A DNA stretch of 60,855 nucleotides, filler included, from Sluysia triapertura (lineage: Eukaryota): assembly GCA_046118255.1 (NCBI GenBank). It is 5 parts of 5 records of this genome, joined end to end, with 100 filler letters (N's around TTAATTAATTAA, not from the genome) between each part and the next. Parts side by side here need not be neighbours in the genome. Positions count along the whole stretch, not along the records: positions 1 to 12,689 come from JBJNIA010090014.1; positions 12,790 to 26,659 come from JBJNIA010015975.1; 3 more parts are not named here. The stretch is one strand, 5' to 3'. The notes beneath the pieces are model-generated. The model saw nothing but the letters and a program-made list of their open reading frames with translations. It made no database searches and was not told where the DNA came from. Shown here in pieces: positions 1 through 13,250 of the stretch (position 1 is its first letter; every line of letters begins with the position of its first letter). Made by a program: the position numbers and the translations under genes.

Positions 1-3000
1 TTTTTTATAGTATTATGGCACATATATATGTGTGCCACTTTATGAGAATGTTTATTTTACTTTCTTAGACAGTTTTTTCAAATTATATCCTGGTAGCGAA
101 CAGGATATAATTTAACAATATAATTAATATTTTTTACTCTTCATTTTCCAATCCATACAGATTTGATAATATACAAGTAACAAAATAACAAAAAGCACCT
201 GATATTTTAATTTTAATTGTAGTTTAATTTATTTATATTGTTTACTCAACAATCATAAGCAAAAATTAATTCAATAATTTATACATTATGCGAATTGTTC
301 AAATAAATTATTCAAAATCGAATATCTAAATTTTTTCACTATTAGAATAAATTAATTCTATAATATCTACTGTTTCGCCAATAAATCGTCGAATGCAATA
401 GTTCTTCCTGAATTTAAATCTCGAAGGAAAGCAGTAATTTATCGAACTCAATCGATAAATAAATTAAATTTATTTGGTAATAAAATTATAAATTAACATT
501 AGCATTCCAATCAAAGATTTTAAACTATTCGATCTTATTTGATTTATTTTCTGAAGATAATAATTTTTCATGCATAGTGAATGTTTTTCAAAAGATCGAA
601 GATTGAGCATATCAATGACAATTTTAATTTTTGTTAATTAATATCTCAAAATTTAACTATCACAGTTTATATGTATTTAATATTTAATATTTAATATTTT
701 ACTAATTATACTAAAAGTTAATCATTTTAATCTTTAATACTTAATCATCTTTATTTATTTAAACTTAAATGGTAAAATAAATATATAAAATAAATAAATA
801 AATATACAATAAATATATATAGATGTATAGCCGTATGGACTTTTAAGATTAAGTAAATTATACTTTAGTTTGAAATACATTTTGTCATTTTTAATTAAGA
901 GTCAATAGATGTTCTTCATTAAACAAAACCACAAGGTTTGAAACATCATTAAAATAAACATAACTAATTATAATTTATACTAAAATTATATAAGATAATA
1001 TATTAGGTAAGCCGTATGGGTGCTATCACATTTCAGTGAACCATAAATATCAAAAAGTTAGATTATAGATCAAAAATGTCAGTAATTTGTCAAAATGAAA
1101 ATTAAAGAAAGATGTGGTTACAGATAATACCGATTGATATCTAAGTAGTGACTTAAATCATAAATTTTCACACTTTTATCGTTGAAAGCTTTACGGTAAT
1201 CTATGAAAACTTAGTATTAACACTTAGTATTAAACGAGCTTTCATTACCTTAAAATTATTTCTTTATTTCTTTATGGCTTTATTTGTAATTTATATATTG
1301 TTACTTAGATTCTATCTTTAAAACAATCATAATTATTATTATAATGAAAAGTGATTATACTAAATCATCTAGAAACTTAGTTCATTCAGGATACTTAGAT
1401 AAAATTCATGCTTAAGTCTATAAAATAATGAGCAGATATGTGTCTGTTCTTCTATATACTTATTAAGAATTGGAGTAACTAGAATGTACAACATTGGTTA
1501 CTCACTTTTCAAAACAATAATAAATAAATCAACTAAATAAATCATATTGAATTCAAAAACAATTGAAGGAAAGAATAATTAAATATCTTGAAAATAATTA
1601 ATAAGATACTTTAAACAAAATATTTTTAAAAATATTTCCCGTTATTTTGAATAAGCTTTATGCCTTGCATTTAATATTATTATTTTTTAAATGTACCATA
1701 GTTGGACAAATGTTAGGATTGTTTTTACTTAAAACCACACAAAAACAATAATATTCTAAAAAACAAATAATCAATTACTTATGATTATGCGAAAATGTGA
1801 AATAAATTGAAAAAGCTTATTACATTCAAGCAATAGATACTGTTGGTAAATAAAAATTAATTCTAATTTAAATTAAGGTAAATGCCTTTAAAAATAAAAT
1901 AAGTATGAATTAGTGAACCTAATTTTCATTTTGTATGATTTAATAATATGAAAACTTTATTTGATTGTAACACTGTATTTTTATTTCACAAAATCAGCGA
2001 AATTATGTCGAATAATTATAATAATTTATTTCCTGTTATAAGCTTACTTTAAAATAATTTTAAATCTTATTTAGTTATTGATTGTTTTACTGATTAAAAA
2101 CTAAATTAGACATTATTTTATAATGGAGCATTTTTTGCATTTTAGTCTTTAAATTTTAAGCAATTAAAGGTTAAATTATTTTAAAAAAATGACCATGATT
2201 GTATATTTTTTATTTTGTTTTTATTACAAGGGACACATTCCCAAGTAAATAGAGGGATTTTAATGAAACTATACGCACTTTATAGATTTCGGCACGCTGA
2301 TTTCGAACATCCAATCCGTTTTTCGGATAAGTAAATCATTCTCATGTTATATCCCAAAAAAATTGAACCAAATAAAATTTTTCAATTCTGATTTCAGATT
2401 TGAATTCAGCATTAAAAGTCTGTAAAATGACATATCACACAACAAGAGCATTGACTTTACGAATTACGTAACATAACAATATCAATATAATGGGCACAAT
2501 GTAAATTGCACAATTATCATTATATAAAATTTATATTTTTGCTAGTTTACTATGAAATTAAACTATCCCAACGTATAATTATTAAATTTATTTTTATTCA
2601 TTATTATTTAGATATTGAATAATACAATGCTTATAAGGGTACCAATAATTTATTTATTATTTCCGGAAATTGCAAGTAATAAAACAAATGTTAGTCAAAT
2701 AATCTGGACAAGAAATATACAATACCAATTTAGAACTACTCTTAAATATAATAAATATAATAATATTTTAATAAATATTCAGTTTTGTCGGAACTCTAAT
2801 GTAAACTGAGCCTAAAGAATAAGCTCAGACTAGTTTACTAGTTACATAGAGTCGACGTTTTCAAAATATTTAGATGCAACAAAATATAATCAACACATAC
2901 ACAAATATGTACATATATTTCTTGTTTCAATAAATGTAATTGTTGAAAGTGGATTGTATATATTTTAACTGATTAATTGGAATGTTTGAATTATATAAAT

Positions 3001-3650
3001 GAAAAATTATGTAACAGAAAATGAAAATAGTTCCGCGAAATATTTCCACTTATTATTATTTAAAAATTATTTACTTAATTATTATTGACTTAAATGTCTC
3101 AATAATCTCACATGAGATTTTCTCAAATGAACATTCAACAATAAAATTAAATAATTTCCTCAACAAAATTGATTTTAATATATTATTTGTTATTGTTTTG
3201 CCAGGCTTTGAGTATTTAGCTATAACCCATATTCTTTATTGGATTATGGGTTTAATATATGATTATGAAAATATATTAAATCTGTACTACATATTTCTTT
3301 GAACTTTTTCATATATGACATATACATTTGTGATGTTTTATGGTTATTTATAGCATTACAATTCTTTAAAATTAATAAATTATAATTATTTATTGATAAA
3401 ATAGATTTATTTTATTAGGAAATATTAAAATACGGTTGCGGTGAAGAGAATTATGTTTTGTTTTTACATTATTGGAAAGAAATAATTTAAAATTAATCAA
3501 ATTAAATAAAAACTCATATGAAGATCTAATTTTATTAATATTACTAAAACTAAAAATATTAATGTTCATCAATCTTCCAATATGTATTCTTCTAGACCAT
3601 GTTTCAACTACTGAATAAAAAGATAATCATATTTATTAATTACTTTGATT

Positions 3651-4178
3651 TCATCTGATATATAGGTTCATCGAATTGTATTTTTGTGAAATCGTTGGTG
3701 GGTCCTTTGAATTCAGTTGTAGATGGATACTGTGCTGGAACAAAATGTCTATAGATTCCAGCAAGCTTTTTATTCGATCGAGGTGAATGTTGGTAACTGC
3801 TGAGTTAATTTCTATTTCTTTGAGCTCTTTGACAGAGTGTAAGTACTTACATATCACACCGTACATTTGACAATTACAAGATGGCGTAATCTCATATGGG
3901 CTTAACGCTCTCTTATAATGTTTATCGAGATTGAAATCATGGATTGAACTACGATGCCCGGGTTTGAAATTCTTACTTGGAATTTTAGATCGTGGAGTAT
4001 TGAGATTATTAATACTAAATGACAAATCAATGTCTTCAAGGTCTGATCTTATGCAGTCAGATTCAGTAGTAAACATAATATTAGCATCAGTCGATTTGAA
4101 GAGATTCAAATTTTTTTCTCGCTTTTGGTGGAGCATTCTTGAATTCGAACACACTGTTGGGATGATGTTAATACGCAT
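3651..4178 (-). CDS. Intronless orphan ORF (175 aa), cargo of cassette A; contains CxC-x6-C-x3-H
   Basis: Long open frame in very AT-rich DNA; no family recognised. Confidence 0.45.
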   Translation of the reverse strand: MRINIIPTVCSNSRMLHQKREKNLNLFKSTDANIMFTTESDCIRSDLEDIDLSFSINNLNTPRSKIPSKNFKPGHRSSIHDFNLDKHYKRALSPYEITPSCNCQMYGVICKYLHSVKELKEIEINSAVTNIHLDRIKSLLESIDILFQHSIHLQLNSKDPPTISQKYNSMNLYIR

Positions 4179-6500
4179 TTTATTTATAATGGATTCATAA
4201 TACTATGTATCAGAATAATCTTTAACAAAAACTAAAACTTTAGATAGGTATGATTTAACAGTATAATGCATTAATGTTTCGCATATTATTCTAAAAGTAC
4301 CTCTTTCTATAACATCATTTGGCGTAGCACAGACATAAAGTTTCAACCGTGCTAGAAAATTACATTCTGATTCGACACTAACAAATTGTGGATTATGATG
4401 TAACAAAAATCTGAACTTCTTTTCAATTTCACCATAACATGTTGAATAAATTTGTTTTGTTTAAAAATCTTTTTATTTTTCTTCTTGCTTTTATTGCTAG
4501 ATTTTGATAATACAATTCGTAAATCTTTCTCAATGTCTTCACGTAATTGATGACGAATCCTTTTATCTGCCCCGTAAATTATTAAATATTGAATAGGATA
4601 AAAATTTCTTTAATTTGACTAGTGTGATGAAGCATCATTAAAATTCGACTAGGAGTTGCTACTAAGCTGTCAATATCAGAAATACTAAGTTCCGTTAATC
4701 GATTAGTCATATCTATATCTCCAGTCAAACGCATTCTTTTCAAATTCATTCATTTTTAAAAACTCACAATACTCTTGTATTACTAATACTCTCACAATAC
4801 TAATTCAACTGAGAGAATTAAAATCATTAGGTACATAAATTGCTGATCGTTATCCAAACATCGTTAAATAACTTGAATATAATAGCGAACAGTTTTCCGC
4901 TGCCGGTTCCAAATAAACCAAAAACATTTTTATGTTTCAGTAATAATGGCGTAGCATGTTGTTGAATTTGATCCAACTTTGACCACTTTAATTTAGAAAT
5001 ATTATCTAAAAGTTTAGATATGTTAGCTGCGGCTGTTATCGTTATCGAAATAAGGTATTAACTTTTATCAGTGCTCTAAATTTTTAAATTTTTTTAACAC
5101 TATTAATGATCGTTACTTTCTTTTATCTGTTCAACGGTATTATTAGTGAAAAATTTTTTCTCTCTTTAATTTATTAAGAAATATCACCTATGAAATTTTC
5201 GTGCTTAAACAAATTATCAATCACATCAAAAACCTTTACGAAACACAAATGCTGTATCGTTTATACAACACCACTATCAATCTTTGTGTTGTATGTTACC
5301 TGTTTTCAATTAATCGATATGACTATGATGCATATGTCGATAATACAATCTTGTGTATCTGTGCAAACTACTGTCCTCCAATAATGATATTGTATGGTTT
5401 TAACTTGGTTATTTATGTTGATTGGACGAAAATTAAAGAGATGAATGAGTATAATATATGAAGAACTTTCTGATTGGTTAGCTAATCAAACAAAAAGTAT
5501 AACGAAACACCACTCACACCGTGTACATCACTCACTACATAATAATTAATGAATAAGTAGACATAACATAAAATTTTCATTATACAGCTGTCAATGGTTG
5601 ACAGTAAATACTATTGACACAGTTTTGTTTAATTAAAATTGTCAACTACTGACAATTACTAAGATGTGTTGAATATTAATGTTAAAAGAAATAATAATAT
5701 TGAATAATAATAATGAAAATGGTCAAAATAATAATATAATAATAATTAAAATTAAATGAAATAAAATAAAACAAATCCTTTATTTACTCTTTACATGCGC
5801 TTTCTATTAATATTTTGCTTTCTTAACATAAAAATAAATAAATTTATTTAAAGTGAAATTTGTGAGGAGTTGGAGGATTTAGAACTTGAACTATTTTGGA
5901 GTAGATTTTGAAATATATTTGAAGAGCTAAAGTGTAAATTATAATTCAAATGTTATTAGGTAAAGAATAAAATGTTTTACATGAATTTTTAATGTATATT
6001 GATGGTTGAGATGTAAATTGTGCTTTTAATGGTGAGAGCTTGTGAATTTAGCTGTTTTGAATAAACTTTAAATTGTAGATTGATTGTTTTAAATGTAATT
6101 GTGGTTCTGATGTTATGAATTATAGGTTAACATGTTTTAAAAGAGTTTTTAGATAATGATTGATAATTTTGAATGTTGACAGATTATTAATTTACATGTT
6201 TTGAGGTATGGAAAATGGTTTTAGTGGATCTGAAGAAATAAAATATAAAAAAGGTTTTAATGGAAAATAGTTAGTGTTATGGAATATGATTTTATGTGAA
6301 GTATGTTGGATTAAGTTTGCAATGTTTTGAATTAATTTTTTAAGTAAATCTTTGATGATTTTCGGAATTGATTGTGAATTTGATGTTATGTAATTTTATT
6401 TTTGGAATGTTTGGAAATATTATGAATTATGAAATGTTGTGAAAGGTTTTTTTGTTGTATGTTATGTTATAAAATTTCAAATTATTGGGTTGGTCACTAC
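3651..6500 (-). mobile_element. Cassette element A: G-poor repeat leader, junction motif 5830-5771, hairpins, CCAAT boxes, partly decayed orphan ORFs
   Basis: Shares junction and architecture with B-E; TGTTTT anchors at 5973/6053/6133 (80-nt period); boundaries approximate. Confidence 0.65.
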
Positions 6501-6897
6501 AGCATTATCCTTCTGATGAATTAATAAATTTGATTAAGTCAGAATTAAACTACTTTACATAATTCCCCAGTTATTATTCGAGTTCGTAATGCCATTTCCA
6601 ATTATCTTTGTTCATATTTTTAAAAGATGAACATAAACGTTATTTTAAATTATAATTTTAATTTAGTTTAATGAATTTTGTGGTTATAGAAAATCGCGTA
6701 AAGTAAATTATTGAAGTGTATAAAAATGTTAAGAGTGTATAAAGACGTTTTGCTTCATGAATATTTCCAGCATTTTAATAATTTTAAAAACAAATAAACA
6801 TATGGATATCAATTAGTTAAATATATTATTATCACTATTATTATTGCTGAGTTTTCCTTACTTGGACTTACGAATAAAGTAAACGATTTTTCTTGCG

Positions 6898-6945
6898 GTG
6901 AGTCCACCAACGTACTAGACTTAGCGATTAGGGTTAGCCGTTGGA
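6898..6945 (+). repeat. Structured motif H, copy 1
   Basis: GTGAGTC-ca-CCAACG-tacta-GACTTAG-...-CGTTGG. Confidence 0.75.
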
Positions 6946-9196
6946 TTTTTCAAGTCAATTAAAATTATAAAATTTAATATGAAAGTTATTTATCTGGCTG
7001 TCTAAAAATTTTATGAGATAATTACATATTAGTCTTGATAGTTATTAAATATAATTTTATGAAAATCCTATGCAAAGGATTTATATTGAAGGTTTATTTT
7101 ACGTATCCGAATGAAATTCGGAGAATACTTTATACACTAACTAATTTATTATTTTAAAACTATTTACGCTGGATTCACTAAATGAATCTTTCAACTTATC
7201 AAATTTAAACGAAAAATTCAATTTAATAAAGTTTACAATTAATGTTTGTTAGAGTCAATAAATTACTAATAAGATTGTTACAGAATTAATAAATTAATTA
7301 ATTTATAATAATTTACTCTATTAACTTTATCCAAGTTAATAAAAATACTGTGGTATTTTAAAAATTGATTTTTCGATTGAACCGTGAAAGGGTTCCAATA
7401 TATCTTAAAAATGAATTTAAGTCTATTTTACGTGTAATACTATTAAAAGTATTAAATACTTATAAACAAATAAACTAATGACAGTTAAAAAATTTAGAAT
7501 TGTCTTCTGAAAACAGCAAAGTTTTATCTTCTGAGAGTTTCTAATGGTTCATCTTCTGAAAACGGCAGACATGAATTTACAAATTGTTTCAGATAAAATT
7601 GTGCTAGTATTTATATAAATTTTTAACTGTCCTTGAAAAGGTTTTAAACAAATTTAAATTTTCGATACATATTTTAATATTTAATAATTATAAAATATAT
7701 AATTAAAATATACTTACGTAATTTAACAAATAATAAATCCAATATTAGTTTTGATAATTACGAAATAAATAAATCAATAAAATTAGACAGAATAAAATGC
7801 AAAGTATATACAAAATCAAATAAATCAATGCAATTGCATACAGTTAATTAATTACTTAGACACATATAAACACATATAACAAGTCAGTTAGTTAGATATT
7901 TATATTTACATTATTAAGAAATATTGTTTTAAAGGTGTATTATATATTACTAGATTTTCTAATATCACATTTAGGATTTTATTACGTGTTTCATTCAAAC
8001 TTTTTTTAGATCTAGCGATATATGTCTTTTTCACACATTTGTCTTTTTTGATTGTCGAAGAATCTTTTTATTACATTAATAAATCGACTAGTTCCAAATT
8101 CTTTCCATGAAATTTTTATTTTTCTTGATATTTTGTTTTCAGTACTATCTTCTGCAGCCGGTTCAGATAAATTTTGTTCCTCTTTTGATATTGTATTAAA
8201 CTAAATATAATAACGAAATTTACCCTTTGTTATCAATTAATTAAACTTATTTTGTTTTGTAAATTAAAATATGTTAGAATTCTTATATCTAAGATTTGAA
8301 ATGAAATTTAATAATTTTAAAAACAAATAAACATATGGATATCAATTATTTAAACAGAAATTCCATTACAATTGATATGTTTTTCTGAATTTAACATTTT
8401 CAGTTAAAATGGCAATTTTAGCTTATGAATATGCAAATAATGTAATTAGATTTAAAAGTACTGACACATTTTCCAAATGAATAAAGATTTGGAATCATTA
8501 CAAATTCAGCTTGTTAAAAGAATGAAATGTAATTCAGAAAATAATGAAATGATATTCTCTTTCCAGGTTATATAAACACTAAAAAATTTTGAGGCTAAAT
8601 CCACAGTTTCTTCGTATAATGATGACTAAAAAACATCACATTTATTAAATATTAATGAAATTATTAAATGATAAAAAGTCATTGTTGAAAATGTTAAAAG
8701 ATGATTTATTGATGCATCTCTTAAATGCCATACTTTATTTTATTATCAATAATTATTTTAATTATTTTACCTGTAGACAGATAATAAAACAGATAATAGA
8801 CTATTTTCTTATATTTATTATTTTTAAATAAAAACATGATTGTCTAAAGTAAAGCTCATATCCTCATGATAAAAGAAATGATTATTATTGTGAATTATAT
8901 GATAAAAATGAAAGTTCCTGATAAAGTTAAGAATTATGAAAGCAATAAAAGGTACGTAAATATTATGATATAATTTATCTATATACTTGTAGTGAATCTG
9001 ATTTACAAATTTATTAATGCATTTTACAACAGAAAATTTGTTTGAGGCAAGACCATTTTAATCAAAATTTTATTGTTTCTGGTGCAAGATCAGACAAACT
9101 AAATTAAATCGATATTCTTTAATAACCAAAATATCAAGTTTATGAAACAACTTATAGATCTGAAGATATTAGATATAGGTCTATAGCTGATAAGAA

Positions 9197-9280
9197 CAGT
9201 GGCGTGCCTAGGTCGTGTCCCAGGGAAGAGCAAGATCTGGCGCACCGGTGAACCTGCACCTCCCTGCCTCCCATTTGTTC
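9197..9280 (+). mobile_element. hAT-like transposon end fragment
   Basis: GC-rich CAGTGGCGTGCCTAGG...TGGCGCACC; similar end at 24989-25052. Confidence 0.4.
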
Positions 9281-9314
9281 TGTGAAGATTCTTAGAATAA
9301 AGTAGGATTTTAAC

Positions 9315-9362
9315 GTGAGTCCACCAACTTACTAGGCTTGCCAGTTAGGGCTAGCCGTTGGA
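9315..9362 (+). repeat. Structured motif H, copy 2
   Basis: Near-identical to copy 1, with GGCTTGC and CTAG/CTAG changes that keep the pairing. Confidence 0.75.
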
Positions 9363-9959
9363 TTTGTAGATAAAAGATTTTGAAGTAAAGTTTAGAATGA
9401 TTTTCTAAAGCGTGCGTGGTTTTGCTAGGATATTCTTAGTTTAATAACTTTACTGTTAATTTCAAATTTAGTAATTTAGTTGTTATGCTTTCTTTTAGTA
9501 ATGGTAAAGATTGCAAATGCAAATATATTTTAACTGTTGTTCATTTATATACTGTTGATTTTAACTGTTGTTGATATGATTAAGCCATCTTTTGAAAGAC
9601 GAAATCGATAAACAATTAAAGGTGAATTTGAAAATTTATATGAATAGTATCGCAGAATATTTGTGAATATTTACGAATATTTGTGATACGATAAGTAAAT
9701 AGAAATTTTAATAAAATATTTAAAAATAACATCAAATTATATTCAACAAAACAAAAGTAAAACAAAAGCAACATTGAAATATTTAATAAAACTTTAAAAA
9801 TTTCATGTGGCACAAATTCACTGACAATGGAAAACAAAAGTAGTATAAATTATTACCAGAATTAATAAATTTTTATAATAATAAAGTTTATTTTAATTTA
9901 AATAAAACTCCATGACTAATGACTAAAACTTCTATTAAAACTTCTAATGACTAAAATGC

Positions 9960-10800
9960 TTTGTACACTGTAGTGGTCAAAACTCATAATCCAAGATCAC
10001 AATCACACTCAATACTATCAATTTACAACTGGTAGTTCACAAAAAAACAACTTCTAAATCAATCATATTTCATACCATCATAAACAATATTCCACATTTA
10101 TAATAATTCAACAACAGACACATCTTAAAATATTCATCAAATACTCTCAATCTTTCACCTTATACTATATTTTGATAATTAACACCGAACAATCCATAAC
10201 ATTCATTTAATAGTTTAATCGCAATCACAACTTATAACATATATATCACAAATACATTAACACTGTTTAACAACATTAATAAGTACCTGAAACATAGAAA
10301 ATATCTACGTTACAACCTCGAATCAATTACACTAAGTGAAACTCATTTCATCGACACATAACCATTATCAACATTTTACAACAACATAGTAAATACGCCA
10401 AGATTTATTTTGTAATCTTTTTTTAAATTAAATAAACTATAACCTTTTAACAAGCCTTTCAAACCATTATATTTAATGCATAAATCTTGTTTTCAATTAT
10501 AAACCTTAAATAAATCTCAAGAATTTATTCTAACATTCTTTATTTTACTTACAACTCCAATCATTCTTTTATCTTCAAAAATAAATTTAATACAGCTTTA
10601 AAGAATTCATTTCCTTTATAAAAAGCAGCAACGATCACTTAAGCGCAGTATACCACATTACTGTTGTTCCTTCACATAATATTAATAGTTTTTATTTGTT
10701 ATTTTATTTTAATATGTAAGGAATCAAGATTTAGAAAGAAAAGATCATGTTAATTTTTATTAAAGACAAGATTTATGCGTTTTATTAGTAATAATAATAA

Positions 10801-10871
<71 letters not shown>

Positions 10872-12600
10872 TCAAATCATTAAAGAATTAAAATTTTAAT
10901 AAATGTAGATTAAACTGGTCGCTACAATCACCAGTTTTGACACAATATGTTACATTTTTCATTAAAGTGCCAACACTGATGATGGTCAATCATCAGATCA
11001 ATAATTTAGCCGCCAAAATAGCAATTACATTATACGTTATCAATCGCTTTAATCATTATTAAAGGCCTGATTGGATGACCGATAATAACGCCGTTCTTAA
11101 AACTAGCTAAAATTAGAGCATCAAGAAAAATAAAAATCGAGACTCAAAAAAATTAATAAACAAAAATTAAAATAACAAAATTTCAGCGTTCTTCTTGGTG
11201 AATTAGTAATTTAAAAAAACAGTAATTAGTTCTGATGGGAGAAAATTTAGACATTACACAAGGTGATATACATTTAGTATCTCCGTTCGGTAATACAATT
11301 TCGTCAACTAAACCAGAACGATAAAAGTTAACAGACGAACAAGTTCAACAGAAAATTGATCAAACTTCTGAAATCATAACTAATCATTTAGACAAGATAA
11401 AACTAATTAAAGATGACTTAGAAATCTATAATAATAAAGACTTTCGCAACAGTTTATGTATTGTCTATAATCAATATTATGTGTTTCAAAATTACAAAGT
11501 TCCACTTACTTTTCGTGATGAATTACGACATACAGATGCCGAAACATTGACACGCAAATGATTTAATTGCAAATTGCTTAATACCATACGTTAATTTGCT
11601 ATTAGAAAGTGATACTATGAGTGATATTAAAAATAATCTTTTTCGTTTTATTATAAAGATTATAATCCTTTTATTAAATTATTCTGATGTCTCTGTTGAT
11701 TTCGACGAAATTTTGTGTAAAACGATCGTTCTTTAACAATATTTCGTAAATTCCTAGAGATTTATGTGCTAGTTTATGTGAATGACAAAACAAACCAGAA
11801 ACGATTGAACGTATTAAAGGACCTTTGGTCAACGAAGGATAGTTTATTATTACATGAAGAAAAAGTTAACTTGGCTGTAATACTAGAAATGAAATTTTTG
11901 TAGTCATAAAACCATTACTTCATTGTGAACGAGAAAAAAGTAAATTATCAATTCTTCAATTTACCATATACGTTGATGCTGAGTCAGAAAGTTCTTTAAT
12001 TTTATTAGACGAGAGTCGTTTTATGTATTTGCTGTCATTATTGAAGAATTCATTGAAAAGTCTTAATCGGAGATCAAGTGGATGGTCAGCATTAGAGATA
12101 AAAAAAGTTATTCTAAAATGTTCTACTACAGTACGAGTTGTAAGGATTAATTCCTTTTTGTCTGGTAAACAACTAACTATATCAGAGATTGTTGATGAAA
12201 GTACTAAAACAATTATAATATTAAAACAGTTATAAAACAATTATAAAACAATTATAATTATAATATCGTTATAATATTAGCTTTTAAAGAAACTATAACT
12301 CGAGAATGTATTCATAATTTCCTCGTCGATATAATTTTTAGTTTCCTCTCAAACAATAATCTCCGAGATCCTCAATCCAACGTGACTATCCTACGATCTA
12401 AAATGAGATATAAGTTATTCTATGACGTCCCAATGGACCCCAATCATGCTAATAGATTCAATGTACATATAAGAAAATTGTATTACTTAGATTTTTTTCA
12501 AAATAAACATAAGCATTATTATAAAAATTCATCAGAAGTAATAATAATAAAAGTCAATAATAAAAGTGATAATAAAAGTCAATTTTATTGTTAATATTGT
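9960..12600 (+). mobile_element. Cassette element B with decayed ORF from ATG 11235
   Basis: Junction 10714-10778, (AAT)/(TAT)/(TAG) tract, hairpins 10912-10997, ATTGG near 11070; frame MGENLDITQG... with in-frame stops. Confidence 0.65.
10790..10871. repeat. Compound microsatellite (AAT)n(TAT)n(TAG)n
   Basis: Direct reading; other (AAT)n tracts at 12790, 26585, 31955, 38305, 50110 and 58560. Confidence 0.95.
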
Positions 12601-12689
12601 TTTTTCTGATAAATATATCCCTTGATAATTAGTTTCGGTAACTTCTTGTCCACATCTAATTACCAATTTCTTTGATACAAATATTAGTC

Positions 12690-12789
12690 NNNNNNNNNNN
12701 NNNNNNNNNNNNNNNNNNNNNNNNNNNNNNNNNTTAATTAATTAANNNNNNNNNNNNNNNNNNNNNNNNNNNNNNNNNNNNNNNNNNNN
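12690..12789. other. Artificial contig spacer (N44-TTAATTAATTAA-N44)
   Basis: 100-nt spacer with a six-frame-stop linker, identical at all four gaps. Confidence 0.97.
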
Positions 12790-12851
<62 letters not shown>

Positions 12852-13250
12852 TAATAATAATAACTTAAATATGTCTTGGAAAAATCAGTGAAACGTCGGC
12901 AATTAAAATTTTGCGTAATAAAATTAAATTCTGTTCCAATAAACAGTAGTGGTGGAGTAATAGTAATAGTAGAGGATCAAATTTTATACGACTGTAATAT
13001 TTAATATTTTAAATAGTTTGGATACAATGTCTATCTCCAGATATGCATGGTAAACCGGTTCGGAAAAACCCAATAAAAACTCAATTAAATATCTATACTG
13101 TTTTTTATTTCCAAATGAGAAAATCGGTTCAAATGGTTTGCCAATAATAGTTAATAAATTTCTTATTTAGATTTTGTAACAATATTAAAAAATCATTTTA
13201 GGGACCAGAATATAATTATCCAAATTTATTAATAATTACTATATTTGTAG

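Noticed and set aside
300-620. LINE ORF2 remnant (DLNSGRTIAFDDL on the minus strand)
   Set aside because: Single weak motif, too decayed to support a call
3931-4200. Short ORFs antisense to longer frames (also 29215, 39904, 44801, 53023)
   Set aside because: Shadow ORFs of coding or pseudocoding sequence on the other strand
6928-6937. Telomerase RNA template (CTAACCCTAA on the minus strand)
   Set aside because: Not conserved in other H copies, and G-U pairing favours the opposite strand
6898-6945. HDV-like ribozyme fold for motif H
   Set aside because: P1/P2 order fits, but only ~5 nt lie where P3/L3 (about 13 nt) is required
8400-9180. Decayed spliced gene (41-nt GT-AG intron at 8951-8991)
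   Set aside because: Many stops and no recognisable protein motif
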